A stretch of 64,000 nucleotides of DNA, taken from the NCBI RefSeq assembly GCF_016432865.1, contig NC_067401.1, positions 377,022,001-377,086,000 on the forward strand, written 5' to 3'. The notes beneath the pieces were generated by a model. It was not told where the DNA came from. It saw only the letters and a list, made by a program, of their open reading frames with translations, and searched no databases. Of the stretch, positions 22,836-35,300 are shown in pieces; the stretch's first letter is position 1; every line of letters begins with the position of its first letter. The stretch comes from Antechinus flavipes. Lineage: Eukaryota. Made by a program: the position numbers and the translations under genes.

Positions 22836-25513
22836 GTGTTGATAAGATCCTGAGTAACTAGGTGGGGTTGACAGAGAAAGACTTAAGTATTGATGGATTC
22901 ATTCCTTGAGGCAAACATAGAAAGATACTGATGGGGATCATTTCAATCTTATATTTCTCTGGGGAAGTCATGGGTAGTCCCACTCTGCCATGTTCAGTCA
23001 GAAATCTGAGTTATGTCAAACCCCTGATATTAAATTTGCCCTGTAGACACACAGCTCCTGACATCATGGCACTCTGCCTCGTGGTCTCACTCTTTTCATC
23101 CTCCCACCATGCTTAAAACCCCTTTTCTTGCTAACAATATGCTCTCCCAACTCTGTTTCATATTTACTGTTCCTAGTGTCTATTGTATCTCTTGATTTTG
23201 TCTGCAACCTCTTCTCCTAAATAAACCTACCTTTTGTTAACGAGAAAGGCCATTGTGAATTTTTTATGTGACTGAACACCATTTGGGATTGAACCTCAAT
23301 CTCATCATTTGGTGCTAAAGCCCAAACACAGCATGTGGAACGAGCAATTACGCTCCTAAATCACATTGTTTGGTGATGGGGATGTGACCCAGAACTTAGC
23401 AAAGTCTTGGGGAACATCCTAGGGCACATATGTTATCACTTTGCTTGCTGGATAATGAGTGATGGTCCTAAAGCCGGGGGATGTTCCCAAAAATCCTTTT
23501 CTGAGGACAATTGGATATCCCCGCTTCTCTCCCCAAGGCTGGGTGAGTGGGCAAGGCCATTCGAGCTTAGAATTTTGGTTTGTAAGGGTGCTTGCACTCC
23601 TCAACGTTGTAAAAGGGAATTAATGTAACATCTGGCCATCTAGGATTTAAAAAACCATGCTTTCAGTGTTGTTTCTGTTTTGTGTCTGCATCTGCCTGTC
23701 TGGCCTTTCTGAGTCTCTGTGACAATCTCCTTTGTTTGTGATTCAAACTAACCTGCCAAGACTAACAGCTTGAAGAGGGTGATATGTCTTTTTTAAGCTT
23801 CATTTCCCTTGAAGAGACTTGTGAAATGGCCAAGCCAATGCTGCTTGTAAGACAAGCATGTTCAGCCAGCCCAGTCTCTTTAATGAATGGTAGGCTCCCC
23901 AACCCTTGCTCTGATGTCCTCTGGTCAGCTTCAATTTCTCTCTACATTAGGACTCCCGGTGTCCCACCCCACTGAGTTCTAAAATCCTTCTTTGAGGACT
24001 CTGAGGATGTAAAAGAATGTAGTCTTTTCTTCCCCACTTCTCCCTACACAGAGACTGCCTAAGAGCTTGGGCAAGTGGCTCAATTAGATAGGCTAATCCA
24101 CATGGTTTGAGGAGATCACTGCCATTTTGTCCCCATGTACCCCATCCAGGCAAGAGCCTGTGTGGCCATCTCTAGTCATATTGCCACTCAAAAAATTCTA
24201 GGGCTCCAAGAGAACAGTTTTGAATGTTGGAAAGTTTCAAAGTGGAGGCCTACACTTTGAGAAAAAAACTGGGTTTCCAAAAGTTTATCTCAAAAGATAT
24301 AAATTGAAAATCCAATTCTAAAGAGGTACATGCTAAAATTGCGAACTTATCTGGGCATAAGACCTTAGAAATATGTGTGCATTAATCTTCAATATTCAAG
24401 TATTACTACTGGAAATTTAAATCTGCATTTGATTTGATTTTAAGCAAAAACTGGGCATTTAAATAAAGTTCTCTGTTCACATGTTTGTGTTTTCTTTAAT
24501 TAGATGAAATATATTTAAGCTGTTATGTTGCTTTCTAAATTGTATATTGTGCAATTTGTAAAAAAAAAATTGTAAGATGACTTAGCTCTATGCTACTTCC
24601 CAGCAGGAAGTAGTTTCAGAAGATGAGATCATTGCCCCATACACCAAAAGACTTTGTGCTCCATTTGTTTGGGGAAAAAAACTGGTTATTGGGATGAATA
24701 AACCTCCCCCAAAATACTACCAAGTGTCTGAATAGACTCCCAGGAAGGAACAAACTGACTTGTACTGACTTCTACTATTTTGCTCTGCTAACCAACTTTA
24801 TGGTGTCACCAAACTTTGGCTCAATTCATCTCTGCAACACTTCTTCCCCACAGGCCACTGTATTTCACCCTCATTGGACACTACTTAACAAATGTCTTTG
24901 CATTTGGTCTCTTAAAATTTCAGCGTTGGTCTGCAAGACCCCCTCCTGTTTAGGGACCCCAACATAGTTTTCAAAAGATTTCTTTAATAAATTAAAAGAG
25001 TGGGGAAATGATGAGGTCCTAAGTAGCTAGATGGAGTTCACAGAGAAAGAGTGAAGCATTGATGAAATTATTCCTTGAGGTAAGCAGGCAAGGACACTGA
25101 TGGGGATCAGTTCAACTTTATAATCCTCTGGGGAGGTCATGGGGTAGCCCCACTCCGCTATGTTCAATTAGAAACCCAAGTTATGTCAAATCCCTGAGGT
25201 TAAATTTCTCCTATAAATTTGTGCATAGCTCACACAATCTTTGCTGAATCCCTTTTGGGGTTAGAGGCCATCATAGCACTATATCTCATCGTGTCTTTTC
25301 CTTCACCTTTCCCCCACGTCTCATGGTTTCTCTCCTCTCATCCCCCTCCATGCCTAAAACCCCTTTCCTTGCTAACTATGTACTTTCCCAATTTTATTTC
25401 ACATTTAGTATTCTTGGTGTCTATTGTATGTCTATTTTTTCTGTAACTTCTTCTCTTAAATAAACCTATCTTTTGCCAAAGAGAATGGCCATTGTGAATT
25501 CTTTACATGACTG
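22836..25513 (+). mobile_element. Internally deleted endogenous retrovirus with two LTRs (~22836-23307 and ~25009-25513)
   Basis: Two homologous LTRs, both with ctgatggggatca and aataaaccta.ctttt. The first ends in CA, followed by a tttggtg leader. A polypurine tract aaaagagtgggga at ~24995-25007 lies just before TG at 25009. No intact gag/pol/env. Confidence 0.8.
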
Positions 25514-26339
25514 CAAAATTCTTTTTTTAGATTTCTTTAAAGCCCCAATTTACTATTTAATTATGTTTTAAAATTTCAAATATAGTTGATTTAGAATTTA
25601 GAACACATTTTCCCTCATAGAAATAATGTTTAGACATGATGACTGTGGGTTTCTAGACCTTTCCTATTTAATTTGCATTGTACTCAAAGCATATTTAATC
25701 TCTTTGAATCTTAGACTTATCTGCAAAACAAGGAGTTAGCATAGATAGTTCTAAATTTGTGACATCTAAGTAACATTTTTATCACAAAATAAATCACAGA
25801 AAAAGTCCTTATTCTGTACTCTAGAATACTTTTCCTCACCCTCATCAACTTCTATTGTGTGTCACAGCAAAGGGACTGAAGATTACCCTTCCCTTTCTCT
25901 GTCCTCTCCACTCAATCAATGTGATCTAAATTGCTGCTGGTGGCTCCATGACCTGGAGTAGGAGTGATGGGGGAGAAGAGAGGGAAGAGAGTTGGGGATT
26001 GGAAATGGCACATGAAAAATTCCTATTCAAGAATCCCTCTAAGAATTCCTAAGGACAGGAATGGGAGTTAATGGGGTTAGAACCCAGCTCCAAGTTCTAG
26101 TAGTTTGGAGTTGTAGGAACAAGCCCTAACAATCTTGAATGACTTTTCTCCTTCCTGAGTTTTCTTCTTGAGTCACCCTCTTTCATTTCTACTATACACT
26201 TTGAATGAATAAGTAAAGCCTTTATTAAGTGCTTGCTTTGTGAAGGAACCATTGTATTAATCTACTAAGGTAGACAAAGAGAAAAATAGGACAATCCCTG
26301 CTCTCAAGAAAGTGCTTTTTAACGGAGAAAAGAAGGGAA

Positions 26340-27819
26340 ACAAAGACCCCAGTTTTGGGGATAAGAATGCATTATTTGACAAAAATTGCTGGGAAAATTG
26401 GAAATTAGTATAGCAGAAACTAGGTATTGACCCACACTTAACACCATACACCAAGATAAGGTCAAAATGGGTTCATGACTTAGGCATAAAGGATGAGATT
26501 ATAAATAAATTGGAAGAGCATAGGATAGTTTACCTCGCAGACCTGTGGAAGAGGAAGGAATTTATGACCAAAGAAGAACTAGAAATCATTACTGATCACA
26601 AAATAGAAAATTTTGATTATATCAAATTGAAAAGTTTTTGTACAAACAAAATTAATGCAGACAAGATTAGAAGGGAAACAATAAACTGGGAAAACATTTT
26701 TACAGTCAAAGATTCTGATAAAAGCCTCATTTCCAAAATATATAGAGAACTGACTCATTTATAAGAAATCAAGCCATTCTCCAATTGATAAATGGTCAAA
26801 GGATATGAACAGACAATTCTCAGACAAAGAAATTGAAACTATTTATAGACATATGAAAATATGCTCCAAATCATTATTAATCAGAGAAATGCAAATTAAG
26901 ACAACTCTGAGATACTACTACACACCTGTCAGATTGGCTAGAATGACAGGAAAAGATAATGAGGAATGTTGGACGGGATGTGGGAAAACAGGGACACTGA
27001 TACATTGTTGGCGGAATTGTGAACACATCCAGCCATTCTGGAGAGCAATTTGGAATTATGCTCAAAAAGTTATCAAACTGTGCATACCCTTTGATCCAGC
27101 AGTGTTTCTACTGGGCTTATACTCCAAAGAGATACTAAAGAAGGGAAAGGGACCTGTATGTGCCAAAATGTTTGTGGCAGCCCTGTTTGTAGTGGCTAGA
27201 AGCTGAAAAATGAAAGGATGCCCATCAATTGGAGAATGGTTGGGTAAATTGTGGTATATGAATGTTATGGAATATTATTGTTCTGTAAGGAACGACCAGC
27301 AGGATGAATACAGAGAGGACTGGCGAGACTTACATGAACTGATGCTAAGTGAAATGAGCAGAACCAGGAGATCATTATATACCGCAACAACGATACTGTT
27401 TGAGGATGTATTCTGATAGAAGTGGACCTCTTCAACAGAGAGAGTTAATTCAGATCAAAGATGGACAGAAGTAGCTACACCCAAAGAAAGAACACTGGGA
27501 AGTGAATATAAACTGCTTGCATTTTTGTTTTTCTTCCCGGGTTATTTATACCTTCTGAATCCAATTCTCCCTGTGCAACAAGAGAACTGTTCAATTCTGC
27601 ACATATATATTGTATCTAGGATATACTGTAACCTATTCGATATGTAAAGGACTGCTTGCCATCTGGGGGAGAGGGTGGAGGGAGGGAGGGGAAAAATCGG
27701 AACAGAAGTGAATGCAAGGGATAATGTTGTAAAAAATTACCCTGGCATGGGTTCTGTCAATGAAAAGTTATTTAAAATAAAATAAAATAAAGCCCCCCAC
27801 CAAAAAAAAAAAAAAAAAA
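26340..27819 (+). mobile_element. 5'-truncated, relatively young L1 (ORF2 C-terminus, 3' UTR, A-rich tail) with 15-bp target-site duplication
   Basis: ORF track 26805-27206 gives REMQIKTTLRYYYTPVRLARM..CWTGCGKTGTLIHCW, the L1 ORF2 C-terminal domain. A-rich tail at 27773-27819. GAGAAAAGAAGGGAA occurs at 26325-26339 and 27820-27834. Confidence 0.93.
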
Positions 27820-28834
27820 GAGAAAAGAAGGGAAGGTTTCAGCTTCAAGTCAGATGGAAGTCTCATGGTCCTTAGGATGCAGGAGCAAAGTTGATGGAAA
27901 TCTTTCTTCTTTAATGTCATTTTCACTAACAAAACTATATCGTTTGCTGATGTTGAATTAACTGACAATGCAAGGGAAGGGTAAAGCTAAGTCACCTCAC
28001 CTCTCTGTGAGGTCTGTTTCTTCAACTGTTTCCTTAACTGTAAAATGTAAAATCACAATATTCTTGCTAAAATCTGAGGTAATGAAGAGCTGAGACCTAG
28101 AAGGAACTGCTGAGATCATTTAGTTCAATTCCCTCATTTTACAAAGGAGACAACTGAGTCCCAGGGAGATTGCAATTGCCTAACATCATACAACATTTAG
28201 TATTAAACATGGAATGGAGTTCAGGCTTTCTGGCGCCAGTCACCACGCTTTCTTTGCAAACCTTAACTATGAACAAATATTGTTGTTACAACCATGCATA
28301 GTATTTCTGAGGATGAATTTTCATCAAGTTTAGTGTTTTTCTCAATATAGCCATCATTTAAACAGTTCTTCATACAATATTTCAAAGAAGATAAATAAGT
28401 ACTAAATATGATTAGTTGGCTCATGATGTATAATAAGTTCTAAAAAAAAAAAAAAATTTCCCTAATATTTCAGAGTGCATTGGAATGGAGAAAATGGGAA
28501 AGCATAAGGAAGAGGAAGGAGAAAAGAGAATGGGAACTATTTTGATACACTTGCAAAGAATACTTATTCAAAAAAATATAGTGCCCAATTGGAACTGAAT
28601 ACTTAACTTCCTCTTGGCTCAAAGAATGTGGATATGTTTTAACAGAAGAATGCAAATAGCACACTGTGCCTAAACATACTGTATCCATGTAGTTCAGTGT
28701 TTTGTCTCTGATAAATGCTAATGAAGCATATGTTGTTGGAGATGTGAATCTCCTCTAAGATGGAACCCTTAAGAGATTAGTGTAGTACCTCAAACCTTCC
28801 AGGTTCTCTTACTAATCATTAATTCATTCTTCAA

Positions 28835-29770
28835 TGATAAATCTTGGATAGGATATGGAAAAATAGGAGACACTAATGCACTGTTGGTAGTTGTGACTTG
28901 GTCTAATTATTTTAGAAAACAATTTGGAAATATCCTTCCTATTTATGCATAGCTTTTGACCTAGCAATATTACCACTAGGTCGGTATCCCAAAAATATCA
29001 AAAAAAAAAAAAAAAAAAAAAAGGGAAAAGGACCTATATGTACGAAAATATAGTAATTCTTTTTGTGGTGCTAAACTGGAAATTGAAGGATGCTCATCAA
29101 TGACAGAATGGCAGAACAAATTGTAGTATAAGATTGTGATGAAATACCATTATCCTATAAGAAATGACGAGCAAGATAGTTTCAGAAAAGCTTAGAAAAT
29201 CTTATGTACTTATGCAAAATTAAGTGAGTAGAACCAGAAGAACATAGTACACAGAAATAGCAATAATATATATATTACATATAGCAATATGTTATATAGC
29301 AATAATAATATATAATGATGATCAACGGAAAAATTAGGTGCAAGATAATTCTAAAAAATCCCAAATAGTGTGCACCATGACAATTGTGGAAATATGTATA
29401 GAAAATTGTACATGTTTAACATATTGGATTACTTGCTGTCAAGGGAAGGGGATGGGGAGAAGGGAAGGAAAAAAATTGGAATGTAAGATTTTGCAAAGGT
29501 GAATGTTGAAAATTATCTATGCATATATTTTGAAAATAAGAAGCTTTAGTAAAAAATAATGGATCGAAGATGAAAAATACTATCTACCTCTAGAAAGAAA
29601 ATTGATTAATTCTTAGTGCTGGTTGAAGAATAGTTTTTTCATTTTTCTTTTTTATTTTTTTTTCTTGGCAATGTGGCTAATTTGAAAATGGTCTGCATGG
29701 TTTCACATGTATAATTGATATATTGCTTGCCTTTTCAATGAGGGAGGGAAAGAATTTAGAGCTAAAATAA
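28835..29770 (+). mobile_element. Old L1 3' fragments
   Basis: Homologous to the ORF2 end and 3' UTR of the 26340-27819 L1. Confidence 0.75.
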
Positions 29771-30319
29771 ATAAAATCATTAATTCATTTTGAATTTATT
29801 TAAACCCTTATTGAATCTATTATCAAATCTACATTTTTAGTCTATAGTCTCTGTTGAGGTAGAGTTCTGAACATTTATATAGTAAGTAGCAAAACAAAAA
29901 TTTTGAATCATAGAAGAGTTGGACAGTAGAATTCAATAGAAATGCTGAGGTCCTTCAAATTGACATTTCATGATACTATTTACTACACTTTGTAAGGAAT
30001 ACTGGCTTTATTTGGTCTTAACATTTACTTTTATATTTTTCAAAGATACCCTCCTAGTTTTAATGTTTGGTGAATTTGGTCAACAAGATCACGTTTACTA
30101 TATCCTGTTTTCATGATTACGTAACCTTCATCATATTCCTGCTTTCATCATCTTTTGCAATTTTATTTTGTTTTGAATCCGTTCTTATCCAGTGGAGAAA
30201 AAACATGAAAACCTTATTTTCCACATACTATTTCTTTACAATGCCCAGAAATTTTCAATTTTAATTTGCAGGGTAAGGATAAAATGCTTAACTAATGTTT
30301 ATATAGTGATGTCTTTTGG

Positions 30320-30700
30320 GGGAGGCATGTGGGGTTAAGTGGCTTGCCTAGGGTCACTCAGGTAGGAAGTGTTAAGTGTCTGAGATCAGATTTGAACTTA
30401 GGTCCTCATGACTTCAGGGTCAGTGCTCTATCCACTGTGCCATCTAACTGCTCCATGATATCTTTTTTAAGAGGCAACTTGACATAATGGAGAGCACTTA
30501 ACTTGGGAGTCAGTAAAACATGAGTTTGTATCCTAACTCAAACCTTCATTAGTAGTGTGACTAGTACTACTACAAGTCACTTAAGTATTCTTGTCTCCAT
30601 TTTCCTCATTTGTAATAAGGGTGATAATAATAGTTCCCATCTCTAAGGAAAGATGTGAGAATCAAATGGATCAAAACATGTAAAGCATTTTTCAATTTTA
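30320..30700. mobile_element. Adjacent SINEs (WSINE-like on minus, MIR-like on plus)
   Basis: ggggttaagtggcttgcctagggtcac..gatttgaacttagg..tctatccactgtgccatctaactgc, then tttcctcatttgtaataagggtgataataa. Confidence 0.7.
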
Positions 30701-32399
30701 AAGAACTAATTAGGTATATATTGGTCATTATTGGGTTTTTGTAATTGATAGTTCAGAATTCTTGTCCTTTAAAGTAGAGTTTAGAAGATTTCTCCTTAAA
30801 TGCATTTTCTTGTTTTTACTTTCGCTGAAGCTCATTCATTTTATTTTTGTCTCCTCCTCCAAGTGTTGGGTTGTTATCCTTATTTATTTGACATTTCATT
30901 TTTCTGGAGGGAATTCATGCATCAGGAAGAGGACTGGATAAAATGGTCTTCTGGATGCTTCTGAATTCTAAGATTTTGTAGGCTATAATTCTTAACAGTC
31001 TAATGTACTATTAGATTAAGGCAACATTTATTATAATAAAAATATCAGGCAAAATATATGCACTACATATACATGAAGACTTTTAAAATTGGGAATGACT
31101 TTATTTTCAGATGGAAAAAAGAAAAAAGTGACTAATAAATATTTTGCATATTGGAGATTCTTGGATATGACAGAATAGTTTTAACAGTTTTTGACATTTT
31201 CAGATACAATGACATGGTATGACATTTAATTACATGAATTTCTTGTATCTCCCCCCTACTAATAGCAAGTTTAAAATATACCAAACAGATGTACATATAT
31301 ACCATAGGACCGTCTTTTTTTTCCAGCTGTAATGCTATGAATGAAATTTAGCTATGACCTACCTAGATAAGAATAGCTCTCTTATTAGAAGGGAAAGTCT
31401 AACTAGCAAATTAACAACAATTTAGTCACTTTCAAATTTAGAAAAATACTGTTTTGACATTTTTTGGTGAGTATTTGGGAACAAATTTGTTATTTCTGCT
31501 CTTTCAATTTAAAATGTAATAATAGATACTAACAATACTTGATGAAACTGGATAATTCGATGGTAAATAATGGAGAAGATCCCAATTTCTGTCTTATAAC
31601 TGGAGTATTAATCAATTTAGTTTTAAAAAGAACAATTTCACATGTTTTGGTAGAAAGTAATAATGTTTTCTAAAGGGAAAAATTTAAACGTGATTACTGA
31701 GTATTGGTGTTATATTTTTTAAAAGATTAATTGGGATGGCTTCTGGTTAATTTATGGAACTAGGGATTTTAAAGGCAGTTAGTAACTTAATAATAATGTA
31801 GTGACTTTAATTTCTGTCAACTTTCCAGCACCATGAAATCTTTTTCATGTGAAAGAATGCTGGTAAGCATGGTCTTTTCAAAAACAATTCTATTGTTATA
31901 AAATTATTTACTGATGAAAACGAGTAGCAAGACAATGAAAAATGTAACTATTTAACTGATTATTCTGAACTGAGATAACTAGCCAAAAATTAATCAAAAG
32001 TTACATAATCAAAACAGGTAGAGAATGATTTTTGTCAAGCAAAACTATAATGTGGTTATTGTTAATGAAAACACTGACAAGTTCATATTAAGTACAGTGC
32101 CAGAAAGAATATATACTTAGATAGAATAGAGTCCAGAATACTATGTCAAATTGGACTTAAAATTAGAAAGATTTCTTTGAAGATATTTAGTTTTAATTCT
32201 GGATTTAGTTATGAACTATGGAATGGTAAGATGGTAGAATATGTAGAATGATAATAAAATTTTTAAAAATAGATCTATAGTTTGGGATCCAGATTTAAAC
32301 CACAATTTAAAGGTACGACATAAACATTGCTGTTAGTGATAACATATGACCAGATTACATGAAAGGTTTTCATTCTCAGCAGTGATTTACAATATGCTT

Positions 32400-35300
32400 A
32401 TATATTTGCTCATGGAATGCACAATAATTATTGTGTAACAGCCAAATAAAAAAGTCTTTTTTTACTGAATAAGAATAATTATTCTTTGTGTAACACCATA
32501 GGACAAAAGTCAGAAAATTCCTTACTCTGGGTAGGTATTCATAAAGCATTAAGTAGGAAGGGAGAGGCAAGTAACTTTTAACCCACTAAGCAAATTTGTA
32601 CTCTATTATGAAAAACTAAACTGCCACTTAAGACCTCCTTAGAATAATCAATTGAAGATATTTCTCAAATGCATGACACTGTTTACACACCAGGACATCA
32701 ATTTCTCTACATAATACAATTTTACAAAAGGAACAAAGCACCGAGAGAATCAGTGCTATACAGGCAGTATAAAAGTAGGTATGTGAATAAAATTTTAAAT
32801 ACAGCACATTTCAATAGACAGACTCAAACTAAAGTCATTAGTTATGTACTATTCTACAGAATGGACTGCTTCACACACTCATATTTATATATTTTAATGA
32901 AAACATGAATTAAAATGTGACAAAAAACATTTCAACAACATTGCTGATAACAGCACAAACACTTGTTATTTACTAATGAGATCAGTTAGTGGTTTAGACT
33001 CACCAGTAAACAAGTTGAAAATAATTTAAGACCAAGACTTTAATCAGCAGTATATTTCCTTAGAATAAGAGAGATATAATTTTGCTCATGGAGCATTTAA
33101 ACTTTATCCTATTAGATCCACTGTTACAAAAATAGGTAAGAAAGCTCTGTAAGAAAGTACACATACACATCAAGGAGACAATTCTCCTCAAAAAAGCAAA
33201 TTAAGGGAAATTCGAATAAAAGATTTCACTAATTTAAGTTTTTCATGAAAATTGCATTAAAAATACTTTTGAGAAATGAAACAGTATTAAGCATCAATGC
33301 ACCTCATTATTTACAGAAAAGGAGAGTGGCCCCAGTGACCATCACAGGCCTTTTCAACCATAAAATAACCAAGGACCACTCCTGGTCCCCCCTGATAAAT
33401 TTAACTAAAAGATAACATTTAGAAATTTTCTTATTTCAAAATTCTAGTAAAAACTTAGCCAAAGTTCAGCTGTCTCCCCTTACGACAGCCATGAAAATCC
33501 TTCCAAAAATGGTGCTACAGTGGTATACCCATCTTGTACGAGGTGGGAAGAACTGGTCGGGGAAGTATGGGAAGACATATAAAAAAAAGCAAACATATTT
33601 GCAGTACAATTTTGTAAGCTAAGCAGTTGTTGGAATTTGTTTAGGAGTAAACTTGATACTATTTATAAAAACAAAATGGTCATTCAATTGGGCTTCATTC
33701 CATTCTAATACATATACATGGTCCAATTATACACAAACTACTGTGCTCTTCTCCCCAAAAGAAATAGCAGACACACAGTATGTTTCAAATGCTAATAGTA
33801 CTTACTTACTCAAAAAGACTACAAATAAGCTGTATTACAAAGCACTGACTTTAGTTCTCTACTTTTTGGAATTTCAGGGTTAAATAGATGTGTGGAATTA
33901 TTTCAAAATTTTTATTCACTAAATACCCACTTCAGATAAAATATAAATGTGCAAGCTGGGGAAAAAATGCAAACCAATAGGAAAGAAGGAAGATTTAGAT
34001 ACTTAAAATTCTTGATCCAGTTCCTGGCTTCTACCCTATTTATAATTGAAATCACATTTAGTTGTATTGCAGGCGCCATTCTGTATCAGTGCTCTGATCT
34101 GCTGATCCTGTTACACTTGGGGGTCTTGTCTCCTGTTGGTTCTTGTGTATTACTTTCACCGGTATTAATGGGTGTCATGCATGAGCATCACAGGAAGACT
34201 GACCCCTCAGGGTATAAAAGGTCTGGTTGTTAAGGAAAATTACAGCAGAAGGAGGAGGAAGGTTACCTACTCAGAAAATGACAAATGCAATGCTGTTAAG
34301 AAGCTCCCAGCAATCCTTTCAAACAGATGTTAAAGACAAAGAAAAACAATAAGTCTTAGAGATCATAAGGGAAAGCCTGTTTCCTCATTAAACAATGTAT
34401 TCATATTTAATATCAAGTGCTAAGTACCACGGTAATAAGCATTTTAGCAATAACTAAATATATAAACCAATTTCAGAAAATTATTATTTTTTTCAAGGCA
34501 TAATGTGGCATTATATTTCATCTATTGGGTATTCATTTTAAACACAATATGTGTCAGGTGAGAGATCACATGCTAAGGAATAAATTGAATGGCGTTTAGG
34601 GTTTTTCTTTTTTTTTAAGTAATCTTGAATATTCAGGAAGACAAACTCAAAAAACAAGCAGAACAAACTAGGTTTACTGATAATCAGAAGAGTAAAAAGC
34701 AGGTGGGAGGAAGGGTCCCTAAATAATAAGACAACTCAAGCTACAGAATGTCAGACTAAAAATGGAGAAATGTCAAAATCTTGCATAACAGTGCCATGGC
34801 AGTGATTTTCTTCTAATAATCAATTATTTAGGAATAGCCTTATTTTTTTTTTTTGTGTACTAAAAGCAAAATGCAGTAGTTCAGCACTAAAATTATCGTA
34901 AACTTTTGGTGGACTTACAATTAAGTCCCCTCCCAAATCACCTGATTTTTGTTTTATACACACATTTCAAGACAAATGGATTTATTTTTAAGGCTTCTAA
35001 GTGAAAAGAGCTTCTCTTTTCTCATTGCTACTACACTTCCACCTCTAACCCCACGAGGGCAGTATGTCTATAAAGGCTTGGTTTCACTGGCTTTTAAAAT
35101 GTCTTAAGGTCAAGTGGTAGACCTTCTGAGTCGTCTCATTGGCTAAACAATATGATTGGGAAAAAGTTATCAATCATTCAGAGTCTGTTTCAGAATGACT
35201 GTAATAAACTTACCTCTGTCTTATAAATTCCAAAGGCACTGAGGAGGTGGTGAGGGGGACACAGGACGGGAAATTAAAATTTATGGAAAAACAAAAACCT

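Noticed and set aside
30060-30270. CpG-containing unique segment, possibly a DNA-transposon or viral remnant
   Set aside because: No recognisable protein motif in the frames translated.
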